From Candidatus Pacearchaeota archaeon CG10_big_fil_rev_8_21_14_0_10_34_76 (GTDB lineage: Archaea > Nanobdellota > Nanobdellia > Pacearchaeales > GW2011-AR1), in NCBI GenBank assembly GCA_002763075.1, contig PFDB01000002.1:62286-126285 (forward strand): a DNA stretch of 64,000 bases, in the 5' to 3' direction. Within the stretch, counting starts at the first letter, position 1, and each line of letters opens with the position of its first letter. The position numbers were made by a program, and so were the translations under genes. Below are positions 27,063 to 36,882 of this stretch, piece by piece. The notes under the pieces were generated by a model. That model saw only the letters and a list, made by a program, of their open reading frames with translations, was not told the origin of the DNA and ran no database searches.

Positions 27063-28448
27063 ATGGGATTGAAAGAAATTTTACAATTTATTCCAGAGGT
27101 CAAAAAGCCTGCTGAAAAAAAGGTTAGTTTTAATGTAAAGTTTAAATGGACCTTGATAATCCTTGGTTTTTATTTTATATTGTATAATGTTCCATTGTAC
27201 GGATTGAGCAATAATGCTCTTGCTAGGTTTGAATTCTTATCTACAATATTGGGAACATCATTTGGAAGTATTATCAGCCTTGGAGTTGGACCAATAGTGA
27301 CATCATCAATCATACTTCAGCTTTTAGTTGGGTCAGGAATCCTAAACATAGACACTAAGACTGAAGAGGGAAAAAGGTTTTTCCAAGGAATTCAGAAGCT
27401 TGGAGTCATTTTTTTCATAATATTTGAGGCAGCAGTGTTTGTTTTAATGCAAGGACTGCAAGCAGTTCCTGGATTCACAGGAATAGTAATATTTCAATTG
27501 GTGATCGGAGGATTTGCTATAATGTACATGGATGAAGTTGCAAATAAATGGGGATTCGGATCAGGAGTCTCAATGTTCATTCTTGGAGGAGTGGCGTTGC
27601 AATTGTTTACAGGGTTGTTTGGTATTCTTGATGCAAGCGGACAGAATTGTCTTGTTGATTTCGGACAAAACCAATGCACTGGAAGAATATTTGTCATAAT
27701 TCAGTCTTTGATAAATGGAGATATACAACAGCTGACTCTTGCTATCATAGTAATATTGATAACTGTATTGATTTTCTTGGGAGTTGTTTGGGCGCAAAGT
27801 TTGAAAGTTGAAGTTCCCTTGAGCTATGATAGATTGAGGGGGTATGGCGTAAAGTGGCCATTAGCATTCTTTTATGCTTCTGTTATTCCTGTGATTTTAG
27901 TCTCTGCATTGATAGCAAATCTTCAGTTGTTTGGTGGCCTTATGGAAAATTGGCTAGGGAGAGCTACATTCTTGGGAGGATTTTCAAATGGGGTTCCAAT
28001 TTCAGGGCTTGCGTATTGGTTAGGATCTTCCAATTTAGTAGAAGAGGTCATAAGGGGAAGTATAACCATCTTTAGTGTAATACAAGGGATAAGTCACTTA
28101 TTGTTTTATATGATATTTGCTACAATATTCTCTGTGTTTTGGGTCAAGACTTCAGGAATGGATGCTTCTAGCCAAGCAAAGAATATTATGGGGTCAGGGT
28201 TACAGATTCCAGGATTTAGAAAAGATCAGAGGATTTTAGAAAGCATCTTATCCAGGTATATAATGCCCTTGACAGTTATGGGTGGTCTTGCTGTTGGAGC
28301 TCTTGCAGCCATAGCAAATTCATTAGGAGCATTAACATCTGGGACAGCAATTCTTCTTGCTGTGATGATTAGTTATCAATTCTACCAGAACATTGCTCAA
28401 CAGCACGCTGTTGATATGCATCCTGCTATGCGTAAGTTTATGGGATAA
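27063..28448 (+). CDS. secY: Protein translocase subunit SecY
   Basis: LGVGPIVTSSIILQLL, KWGFGSGVS, GLQIPGFR. Confidence 0.97.
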   Translation: MGLKEILQFIPEVKKPAEKKVSFNVKFKWTLIILGFYFILYNVPLYGLSNNALARFEFLSTILGTSFGSIISLGVGPIVTSSIILQLLVGSGILNIDTKTEEGKRFFQGIQKLGVIFFIIFEAAVFVLMQGLQAVPGFTGIVIFQLVIGGFAIMYMDEVANKWGFGSGVSMFILGGVALQLFTGLFGILDASGQNCLVDFGQNQCTGRIFVIIQSLINGDIQQLTLAIIVILITVLIFLGVVWAQSLKVEVPLSYDRLRGYGVKWPLAFFYASVIPVILVSALIANLQLFGGLMENWLGRATFLGGFSNGVPISGLAYWLGSSNLVEEVIRGSITIFSVIQGISHLLFYMIFATIFSVFWVKTSGMDASSQAKNIMGSGLQIPGFRKDQRILESILSRYIMPLTVMGGLAVGALAAIANSLGALTSGTAILLAVMISYQFYQNIAQQHAVDMHPAMRKFMG

Positions 28449-28494
28449 CTTTTGGATGACCAAACTTTAAAAACACCACATTCTTAAGGATTGC

Positions 28495-28896
28495 ATGGTG
28501 ATAGAATTAATTCAAACATATCCTAGATCGAGTATCGTACTAATTTCATTAATTGTATCTTTTTTTATCAGTCTTGTCAATTATTTAATTCTTGATAAAG
28601 ATAGGTTGAGAGAAATTAAGCGCAAGCAAAAAGAATTGCAAATAAGAATGAAAGAGCATAAGAATAATCCTACTAAACAGATGGAGCTCTCTAAAGAGAT
28701 GATGAGTCACACTGGAGAACAATTAAGACATTCATTCAAACCTATGTTGATAACATTTGTTCCTGTAATAGTAGCATTTTGGTGGATTAAGGATGTTTTT
28801 GCCGAAACAACTATTGAAGGGACATGGTTCTGGTGGTATATAATTAGTGCTATAGTGTTCAGCCTTCTGCTTAGGAAGCTTTTTAAACTTCCTTAA
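28495..28896 (+). CDS. EMC3/TMCO1 (DUF106, Oxa1 superfamily) membrane insertase
   Basis: TM-coiled coil-FKPMLITFVP-WFWWYI; usual position after secY. Confidence 0.85.
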   Translation: MVIELIQTYPRSSIVLISLIVSFFISLVNYLILDKDRLREIKRKQKELQIRMKEHKNNPTKQMELSKEMMSHTGEQLRHSFKPMLITFVPVIVAFWWIKDVFAETTIEGTWFWWYIISAIVFSLLLRKLFKLP

Positions 28897-28908
28897 AGAA
28901 CAATTTTT

Positions 28909-29298
28909 ATGGAACAAGATTTATTGATGCAACTCAACCAAAGATATCAAGAGTCAAGACAACTTGAAGAACAACTTGAATTTATTGAACAACAGATGTC
29001 AGAGCTTCAGATGTTCAGCAAGAGTGTGGAAGAGATTGGAAAAAGTTCTGAGAAAGAGATTCTTTCATCAATTGGGAAGGGCCTGTTTGTAAAATGTGAG
29101 ATGAAAGAGAAAGAATTTTTTGTTGATGTTGGAGCAGGAGTTGTTGTGAAAAAATCTCCTGACGATGCAATAGGTATAATTGAGCAACAAATATCTCGGC
29201 TTGGAGAAATAAGATATCAAATTAACGACAATTTAAATGGCCTATCCAGTGAATTTCAAGAATTGATAAAAAAACTTGAACAAGTTAAAAAAGAGTAG
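28909..29298 (+). CDS. pfdA: Prefoldin alpha subunit
   Basis: ILSSIGKGLFV, VDVGAGVVVKKS. Confidence 0.92.
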   Translation: MEQDLLMQLNQRYQESRQLEEQLEFIEQQMSELQMFSKSVEEIGKSSEKEILSSIGKGLFVKCEMKEKEFFVDVGAGVVVKKSPDDAIGIIEQQISRLGEIRYQINDNLNGLSSEFQELIKKLEQVKKE

Positions 29299-29350
29299 CT
29301 TAATTATTGAAATCGCAAAACTATTTAAGCAGGTATGCAAATAAATAAAG

Positions 29351-30208
29351 ATGTTAGAGATGTTAATAAGTCCACAAAAGGCTGAGAGAAGACCTTGGGA
29401 ACTATTTTTTATAGGGGCATTCTATGCTAGCGTTTCGATTATACTTGTAAACTGGATATTCTCTCAAGATGTTGTACTTCAAAGTTATTCTGGAATTTTA
29501 GTTGTGACATTTACAGTGATGTTTTCAATTCCATTTATGTATTATATGATAAAGCTGGAAGAAGAAAAAGCAACACAACATATGGGAATGTTCAAACTTT
29601 TGAAGGAACATAGGAAAGCTCTTTGGGCGTTTTTGTGGTTGTTTGTAGGATTTGTTGTGGCATTTTCATTTTGGTATATTATGTTGCCAACTACACAAGC
29701 ATTTGAAGCTCAAATAAACACTTATTGTGTCATAAATCAACCTGCTAATTTTGAAGCATGTGTTGCGCAATACGGCGTGAAGGGATCTTCATCTACTGTA
29801 TTTGCAACAAACAAAGAAAGGCTTTTCCTTATATTTGCTAACAATATCTATGTACTGATATTCACATTGGTATTTTCACTAATCTTTGGAGCTGGTGTGA
29901 TTTTCATCCTTGCGTGGAACGCAAGCGTGATTGCGGCAGCAGTGGGAATTTTTACCCAATCTAATCTAAGTTCTCTTCCGATAGGACTATTTAGATATCT
30001 CGTGCATGGAATTCCAGAGATTGCATCTTATTTTATAGCCGCATTGGCGGGGGGAATTATATCTATTTCTGTAATCCGGCATGAAGTTGGCTCAGAGAAA
30101 TTCTGGGAGGTGTTGCAAGATTCATTGAATTTGATAATCTTGGCAGTGATTGTATTGTTTATTTCTGCGCTGATGGAAGTCTTTCTAACTCCCTTATTCT
30201 TTAGTTGA
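29351..30208 (+). CDS. SpoIIM (DUF95) family membrane protein
   Basis: IFANN, WNASV, HGIPEI, ALMEVFLTP. Confidence 0.85.
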   Translation: MLEMLISPQKAERRPWELFFIGAFYASVSIILVNWIFSQDVVLQSYSGILVVTFTVMFSIPFMYYMIKLEEEKATQHMGMFKLLKEHRKALWAFLWLFVGFVVAFSFWYIMLPTTQAFEAQINTYCVINQPANFEACVAQYGVKGSSSTVFATNKERLFLIFANNIYVLIFTLVFSLIFGAGVIFILAWNASVIAAAVGIFTQSNLSSLPIGLFRYLVHGIPEIASYFIAALAGGIISISVIRHEVGSEKFWEVLQDSLNLIILAVIVLFISALMEVFLTPLFFS

Positions 30209-30255
30209 TTTACGAGGGTGGCAATATTTAAATAAGCAAATATAATTATCTGTAA

Positions 30256-32955
30256 ATGAATGAAGAGAACCTGATAAATGAAAGAAAAGAGAAGGCTCTA
30301 AATGCTTTAAAGAAGAATTATAATTTAGTGGTTTATGCAATTTTAGCAATAATTTTGTTTATATCTGTGAGGATTAGAACGAGAAATCTCTCTGGATTAA
30401 GAGATGTCACCACAGGCGGATGGACTCTTGGTCCTGACTTGGATCCATTTCTGTTTTTGAGATGGGCAAAATATATTGTTGAGAATGGAAGTTTGATGGC
30501 AATAGATTCATTTAGGTACGTGCCTCTGGGATTTAGGACAAAGGGAGAACTGATATTACATCCATATATGATTGCATGGTTCCATAAGGTGGCAAGCGTT
30601 TTTGGAAGTGTGTCTGTTGAACAATCTGCCGCATTATATCCAGTTTTCTTTTTTGCGATAACAGTCATAGCGTTTTTCTTTCTCACTAGAGAAATATTCA
30701 AAGATAATTTGAACAAAATGAATTCTAATTTTGCGGCGTTGGTTGCATCATTCTTTTTATCTGTGCTCCCAGTTATTTTGCCGAGAACGATAGCTGGAAT
30801 ACCTGAAAAAGAGTCTCCTGGATTTTTCTTTCTTTTTGCGACATTCTATTTCTTTCTTCTAGCATGGAAATTTGAAAATGTTAAGATAAAATATACCTGT
30901 GCCATTTTAGCAGGAATTTTAACAGCAGGAATGGCATTAGTCTGGGGAGGATATATCTATTTGTTTGTGACTATCGGGGCTTCTGTGCTTATTGCATTTA
31001 TGTTAGGCAAGGTAGACAAAAAAAGGATTTATATGTATACTATCTGGCTAGCTTCTGCTTTGATTATCATGAACATGTTCTCATTGAGATATAATTTGTC
31101 TGGAATGATAAATTCTGCAACTACTGGAATTGTATTCTTTACACTGGCAGTGATATGGGGAGATTGGATTATTTATAAAACAAGGATAAAATATTATTTT
31201 GTTAAGGGAAAATTAAAAAATATTCCAAGACAAATAAAATCCTTAGTGGTAGTTAGCATCATAGCAATCCTATTAGCAAGCATATTTTTTGGATTTGGTT
31301 TTGTGCCTTCTAAGATAAGTAATGTAGTGGGGTTACTTGTTAAACCTTCTACAGATAGACTCGGAGTTACAGTTGCTGAGAATAGACAGCCCTATTTTTC
31401 TGAATGGGCAAGTAGTTTTGGACCAGAGTTAGGAGGATTTCCAATATTATTCTGGGTAATGTTTATTGGTTCCATATATTTATTCGGAAGTATTATCAAT
31501 GAAAAACGCAATAAACATAAGTGGATCCTAATTGGAAGTTATACTTTATTCTTGACTGCCATCATATTTAGCAGATATAAGCCAAATAGCATTTTTGATG
31601 GAGAAGGCTTTGCTAGTCTTGCATTCTATATGCTTGGGGCGTTGGTTTTCCTTGGAGCATTGATTTATTATTATCTGTTCCTTGAGAATAGAAATGAATT
31701 TGGAAAACTTAGGGGAATTAAGTTTTCGTCAATTCTCTTGTTTTCATTCTTCGCTATCAGTTTGATATCTGTAAGGGGAGCTGTAAGACTTATTATGATG
31801 CTTGTGCCTTCTGTTGCAATAATTAGCAGTTATTTTGTATTTAGCCTATGGGAAAAAAGCAACTTTGGGGGGAAAGATAAAAACATTGCTCCTCTTGTGT
31901 TTGCAGGACTGATTGCATTAACATTGATATTTGCAGGTTATTACTATTATCAGGCAAGTAATAATATAGCTCAGGGATATGCCCCTTCTTCTTATACACA
32001 ACAATGGCAGAAAGCAATGAGCTGGGTTAGAGAGAGTACTCCCGAAAATGCTGTTTTTGCACATTGGTGGGATTATGGATACTGGGTGCAATCTATTGGG
32101 GAAAGAGCGACAGTTTTAGATGGAGGAAATGCAATACCTTATTGGAATCATTTTATGGGTAGATATGTTTTGACTGGAGATGATAATACTAAAGCACTAG
32201 AGTTTTTGTTCGCCCATAATGCAACTCACTTTTTAATTGATTCAAGCGATATTGGAAAGTATACTGCATTCTCAAGTATTGGATCTGATGAACAATATGA
32301 CAGAAGGAGTTGGTTGCAGACATTCTTGATTGATGACTCTCAAACGAGTAATCTGAAGAATAGCACTCTTTTATTGTATAGGGGAGGATTTAGTCTTGAT
32401 GGAGATATAATTTATGAAGAAAATGGAAGTAAAATATTCCTCCCAGGTGTTGAGGATGCAGATATTAACCAGAACCTAAATGTTGCAGGACTTGGAGCAA
32501 TTATAATTGAAAGATCTGACAATAAAGAGATTAAGAATGTTGAAGGAATATTTGTTTATAATGGACAGCAGTATAGAATTCCAATAAGGTATGTTTTTGA
32601 TGAGAGGTTGATAGATCTTGGAAGAGGAATAGATGCTGGAATATACTTGATGCCTGCTATAAAACAGGGAGCAAGCGGATTAAATGTTCAAGAGAGTGGA
32701 GCATTGATATATTTGAGCGACAGGACAGTTCATTCACAACTTGCAAGATTATACCTATTTAATGAGAAAAATCCATCTTTTGAAATTGTAAAAGTTGAAG
32801 ATGATATAGTCGTAGAAAGTTTGAAAGCTCAAGGAATTTCTGTAGGAGATACAGTCTATTATAATGGATTTAGAGGACCTATTAAGATATGGGAAATAAA
32901 TTATCCGTCTGAAATTGAGTTTAAAGAGGAATATTTAAACAGAAGGGTTCCATAA
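30256..32955 (+). CDS. aglB: Oligosaccharyltransferase AglB (STT3)
   Basis: DLDPF, TVAEN, WWDYG catalytic motifs; multiple TM helices. Confidence 0.95.
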   Translation: MNEENLINERKEKALNALKKNYNLVVYAILAIILFISVRIRTRNLSGLRDVTTGGWTLGPDLDPFLFLRWAKYIVENGSLMAIDSFRYVPLGFRTKGELILHPYMIAWFHKVASVFGSVSVEQSAALYPVFFFAITVIAFFFLTREIFKDNLNKMNSNFAALVASFFLSVLPVILPRTIAGIPEKESPGFFFLFATFYFFLLAWKFENVKIKYTCAILAGILTAGMALVWGGYIYLFVTIGASVLIAFMLGKVDKKRIYMYTIWLASALIIMNMFSLRYNLSGMINSATTGIVFFTLAVIWGDWIIYKTRIKYYFVKGKLKNIPRQIKSLVVVSIIAILLASIFFGFGFVPSKISNVVGLLVKPSTDRLGVTVAENRQPYFSEWASSFGPELGGFPILFWVMFIGSIYLFGSIINEKRNKHKWILIGSYTLFLTAIIFSRYKPNSIFDGEGFASLAFYMLGALVFLGALIYYYLFLENRNEFGKLRGIKFSSILLFSFFAISLISVRGAVRLIMMLVPSVAIISSYFVFSLWEKSNFGGKDKNIAPLVFAGLIALTLIFAGYYYYQASNNIAQGYAPSSYTQQWQKAMSWVRESTPENAVFAHWWDYGYWVQSIGERATVLDGGNAIPYWNHFMGRYVLTGDDNTKALEFLFAHNATHFLIDSSDIGKYTAFSSIGSDEQYDRRSWLQTFLIDDSQTSNLKNSTLLLYRGGFSLDGDIIYEENGSKIFLPGVEDADINQNLNVAGLGAIIIERSDNKEIKNVEGIFVYNGQQYRIPIRYVFDERLIDLGRGIDAGIYLMPAIKQGASGLNVQESGALIYLSDRTVHSQLARLYLFNEKNPSFEIVKVEDDIVVESLKAQGISVGDTVYYNGFRGPIKIWEINYPSEIEFKEEYLNRRVP

Positions 32956-32962
32956 GAATAAT

Positions 32963-33976
32963 ATGAATTCGCTAATAATCGTTATACCGATCGCTATAAG
33001 TTTTTTAGCAAGTCTTTTCTTTTTACCTTTTTGGATTAGAAAGGCTAAGGAAATAGGATTATTATGGGAAGATATGAATAAATTTTCTTCTGAGAGTGTT
33101 GCAGGATCTGGAGGGATAATAGCTATATTTGCATTCACTCTGGGAGTTTTAGTCTTTGTCGCATATAGGGTTTTTATATTGGAGAGTAGTCAGTTTTTAA
33201 TAGAAATACTTGCAGTTCTTACAGTTATCCTCATCCTCGCAGGGGTTGGATTAATAGATGATTTATTAGGATGGAGGAAGGGGGGTCTTTCTAGGAGATA
33301 TAGGCTACTTCTTATTGCCATTGCCACTGTGCCATTAGTGGTGATAAATGCAGGAAAGTCTGTTGTGTCAATACCTTTTTTGGGCGCTATTGAATTGGGA
33401 TTGATTTATCCTGCTGTAGTCATTCCATTAGGAATAGTAGGATCTGTAGCAACTTATAATTTTTTAGCTGGATTTAATGGACTGGAAGCGGGCCAAGGAA
33501 TATTGATTCTCTCTGGACTTTCAATTGTTTCATATTTGACTGGGAGCTCGTGGCTCTCTGTAATTTGTTTGGTCATGGTGGGCGCACTTTTAGGATTCTT
33601 GGTCTACAACCTTCCCCCTGCAAGAGTGTTTCCAGGAGATTCCTTAACCTATTGTGTTGGAGGGCTTATTGCCATGGTTTCAATACTCGGTAATTTTGAA
33701 AAAATTGCAGTATTTTTCTTTATCCCGTATATTCTGGAAACTGTTTTAAAATCCAGAGGCAAGCTTAAAAAATATTCATTTGGAAAACCAAACGAAGATG
33801 GAAGCTTAGAACTTAGATATCCTAAAATTTATAGTTTGAATCACTTCTCAATATATATCATGAAGAAGGCTAACATCAAACCAACTGAGAAAAAAGTGGT
33901 ATTGTCTATATGGGCGTTTCAGATAGTGACGATGATAATCGGATTTATAGTATTCAGACAGGGAATAATAGGATGA
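32963..33976 (+). CDS. UDP-GlcNAc:dolichyl-phosphate GlcNAc-1-P transferase (MraY/GPT/AglH-like)
   Basis: GLIDD, NFLAGFNGLEAG, PARVFPGD. Confidence 0.9.
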   Translation: MNSLIIVIPIAISFLASLFFLPFWIRKAKEIGLLWEDMNKFSSESVAGSGGIIAIFAFTLGVLVFVAYRVFILESSQFLIEILAVLTVILILAGVGLIDDLLGWRKGGLSRRYRLLLIAIATVPLVVINAGKSVVSIPFLGAIELGLIYPAVVIPLGIVGSVATYNFLAGFNGLEAGQGILILSGLSIVSYLTGSSWLSVICLVMVGALLGFLVYNLPPARVFPGDSLTYCVGGLIAMVSILGNFEKIAVFFFIPYILETVLKSRGKLKKYSFGKPNEDGSLELRYPKIYSLNHFSIYIMKKANIKPTEKKVVLSIWAFQIVTMIIGFIVFRQGIIG

Positions 33977-35178
33977 AAATTAATAGGGTTTTATTGAAAG
34001 GAAGTATTGTATTACTTATTACATTTGGATTATTTAACCTTTTCAATTTTTTATTTCAATGGTCGATGGTAAGACTTTTAAGTCCGTCAGATTTTGGAAG
34101 CTTAGCTACATTGTTTGCAATAATATCTATTCTAGGAGTATTTACTGATTCTATACAAACAGTCATAACTAAATATGTCTCAAATGAAAAGGAAAACAGT
34201 AAAATTAAAGGAATAATTTTTGCATCTTTTAAAAATGCAAATAAACTTGCTTTTGCTCTTTTGATAATTTACTTAATAATAATGGTCTTTCTATTCAATC
34301 TGCTAAAGATTGATTATCTTCTCCTAGCATTTAATGGTTTAATTATCTTCACTGCTTTTTTTATTCCAATAACAAGAGGGGTTATGCAGGGGAAAAAGAA
34401 ATTTGCTCACCTTGGGATTAATATGGTGCTAGAAAGCGCCACCAAGTTTATTTTAGCATTAGGCTTTGTATTTTTGGGCTGGAAAGTTTATGGTGCAATT
34501 TTTGCTACATTTCTAAGCGTGATAATAGCATTTGTTTTTTCCTTTATTCCGCTTAAGAGCATTAATAAATCTAGAGCGGTAAAAAAAGCAAATATAGACA
34601 ATATTCTTTCATATACTGGGCCAACTTTTGCAATTACCTTGGCAATCACTCTTTTTTACAGCCTTGATATAATCATGGCAAAGGTATTCTTTTCTGAAGA
34701 GATTGCAGGATTTTATGCCATTTCCTCAACATTGGCAAAAATAATCTTTTTAGGAACGTTGCCAATAAGCAAGGCTATGTTCCCATTATCTGCAGAAGAT
34801 AAATCTCCGGTTTATGAAAAGACCAATGTATTTTTGAACGCATTGGGAATACTTGGTGGAATGCTCATTGTGGGATTATCCATATTTTATGCTTTTCCCG
34901 ATTTAATTATATTGACTTTTAAGGGAGAAGCCATTGTTCCTGCTGCAAGAATTCTATTTTATCTTGCTATTGCAGCTAGTCTATTATCTCTTGCTAATCT
35001 AACCCTTCTTTACAAGCTTTCAACAAATAAAACCTCCGGATATTTCTCATTGCTCTTTTTTGTGATGATTGAAGTCATCCTACTTAGTTATTTTTCCTCG
35101 AATTTGATTGAATTCTCGTTTGCATTCATATTCTCTTCTGCAGCCTTTTTATGGGCATCCATAGTACTAATAAAATGA
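33973..35178 (+). CDS. Oligosaccharide flippase (Wzx/MATE-like)
   Basis: About 12 TM; RLLSPSDFG, RGVMQG, AGFYA motifs; start moved to ATG 33973. Confidence 0.85.
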   Translation: MKINRVLLKGSIVLLITFGLFNLFNFLFQWSMVRLLSPSDFGSLATLFAIISILGVFTDSIQTVITKYVSNEKENSKIKGIIFASFKNANKLAFALLIIYLIIMVFLFNLLKIDYLLLAFNGLIIFTAFFIPITRGVMQGKKKFAHLGINMVLESATKFILALGFVFLGWKVYGAIFATFLSVIIAFVFSFIPLKSINKSRAVKKANIDNILSYTGPTFAITLAITLFYSLDIIMAKVFFSEEIAGFYAISSTLAKIIFLGTLPISKAMFPLSAEDKSPVYEKTNVFLNALGILGGMLIVGLSIFYAFPDLIILTFKGEAIVPAARILFYLAIAASLLSLANLTLLYKLSTNKTSGYFSLLFFVMIEVILLSYFSSNLIEFSFAFIFSSAAFLWASIVLIK

Positions 35179-35960
35179 AAATCTCAATAATCATTCCCGC
35201 ATATAATGAAGAAAAGAGAATAGGTGACACTCTCGAAAATTATTCAGAATATTTTTCTAAGGCCTTAAAGATAAAAAAATTAGGGGACTATGAAATTTTA
35301 GTAGTTATAAACAATACAAAAGATAAAACTGAAGAAATTGTAAAAACATTTCAAAAAAGAAATAGTAGAATAAATTATTTAAATTTAAAACAAGGTGGCA
35401 AAGGTAATGCTGTTCTTAGAGGATTTGAAGAAATCTTAAAAAAAGATTTTGATTTAATTGGTTTTGTTGATGCAGATATGGCCACACCGGCTAAAGAGTT
35501 TTTTAAATTGGCTGAAAATATTGGCAATTCTGATGGAATAATAGCTAACAGGTATCTCTCAGGATCTAAGATTCACCCTCCCTTGTCATTCAGAAGGTTA
35601 CTTGTTGGAAAGATTTTCAATTATTTAGTTAGAATGTTGTTTTTGTTGCCCTATACAGACACCCAATGTGGTGCTAAGATTTTTAGTGTTGCAGCAAGTA
35701 ATGAAATTGTTAAAACATCTATTATTTCTAATTGGGCTTTTGATGTAGATTTATTGTATAACCTTTATAAAAAAGGATATATGATTAAACAGCTTTCTAC
35801 CGAGTGGTATGAAAGAGATCAAGGCAAGCTTAGAGTGATTAATGCTACTTTAGAAATGGTCTTGGCTGTTGTGCAGTTGAGAATTGTTAACTCCCGGCTA
35901 AAAAACCTTTTAAGGCCATTATCTCCTTTAATTAAAAGAATATGGAGAAAACTAAAATGA
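35175..35960 (+). CDS. GT2 glycosyltransferase (Dol-P-glucose synthase/Alg5-like)
   Basis: IIIPAYNEEKRI, GKG.AV, FVDAD, DTQCGAK, FDVDLL. Confidence 0.88.
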   Translation: MKISIIIPAYNEEKRIGDTLENYSEYFSKALKIKKLGDYEILVVINNTKDKTEEIVKTFQKRNSRINYLNLKQGGKGNAVLRGFEEILKKDFDLIGFVDADMATPAKEFFKLAENIGNSDGIIANRYLSGSKIHPPLSFRRLLVGKIFNYLVRMLFLLPYTDTQCGAKIFSVAASNEIVKTSIISNWAFDVDLLYNLYKKGYMIKQLSTEWYERDQGKLRVINATLEMVLAVVQLRIVNSRLKNLLRPLSPLIKRIWRKLK

Positions 35961-36403
35961 AAATAGTCCTTGCATCATCTGCAGGAGGACATCTAACAGA
36001 ACTTTTTGAGCTATTGCCTCAGGACCTAAATAAAGACAAATTTGTCATATTCACTGAAAAAAATGATAGGACTTCCAAACTCAAGAATAAAACTTATTTT
36101 TTCAAGCCGTTGCTCTATAATCCATTTCCATATTTCCCAGCATTGTTGAGATGTATTAAAATCCTAAGAAAAGAAAATGTAAATGTGTTGGTAACTAATG
36201 GTGCTGAGATCGGCTTGCCTGCTATTATTGCTGCTAAATTTCTTGGGATAAAGACTATTTACATAGATATCTCAGCAGCTGCGACTATTAGAACTCTTGC
36301 TGGAAAGTTTTCATATCCATTTTCAGACATTTTTTTAGTCCAGTACCCTGAAATGGCAAGACACTACGGAAAAAGAGCGAAATATGTTGGAGGCATTGTA
36401 TGA
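35957..36403 (+). CDS. Alg14/PssD-like glycosyltransferase acceptor subunit
   Basis: SSAGGHLTEL, TNGAEIG, FLVQYPEM. Confidence 0.88.
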   Translation: MKIVLASSAGGHLTELFELLPQDLNKDKFVIFTEKNDRTSKLKNKTYFFKPLLYNPFPYFPALLRCIKILRKENVNVLVTNGAEIGLPAIIAAKFLGIKTIYIDISAAATIRTLAGKFSYPFSDIFLVQYPEMARHYGKRAKYVGGIV

Positions 36404-36882
36404 TATTTGTAAGTGTCGGAACGCATAATCAAGAGTTTGAAAGATTGATAAGGAAGATTGATAATCTTGCAAAAGAGATTAATGAAGAAATTATTATTCA
36501 GAGAGGACATACTAAATACATTCCTAAAAACTGCAAGAGCTTTAAATTTGATTCCGATCTTAAGCCTTACATGAAAAAAGCTAGGTTGATTATAGCACAT
36601 GCAGGTATCGGAACGACGATTGAGGTTTTGCGGAAATTAAAAAAACCATTAATATTGATTCCAAGACAGCATAAATATGGGGAGCACATTAACGACCATC
36701 AAGTAGGGATGGCAAGGCACTTTGAAAAAAAATGGGGTGTCAAGATAATCTACAATATAAAAGATTTGACTTCTGAATTAATTAAAAGATATGATCGAAT
36801 AACGCCCATGAATGATAAAAAACTAATCATGATAAGAAATTATCTTAAGGGGGCCATTCTAGGAGAGGAGGATGAAAGATAA
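36400..36882 (+). CDS. Alg13/PssE-like glycosyltransferase catalytic subunit
   Basis: MIFVSVGTH..FERL, IAHAGIGT, PR...YGEHINDHQ. Confidence 0.9.
   Translation: MIFVSVGTHNQEFERLIRKIDNLAKEINEEIIIQRGHTKYIPKNCKSFKFDSDLKPYMKKARLIIAHAGIGTTIEVLRKLKKPLILIPRQHKYGEHINDHQVGMARHFEKKWGVKIIYNIKDLTSELIKRYDRITPMNDKKLIMIRNYLKGAILGEEDER

Noticed and set aside
28893-28901. Third TTAAAGAAC copy as a boundary of a larger element
   Set aside because: No adjacent TIR-like sequence, lies among housekeeping genes, and an AT-rich 9-mer can recur by chance
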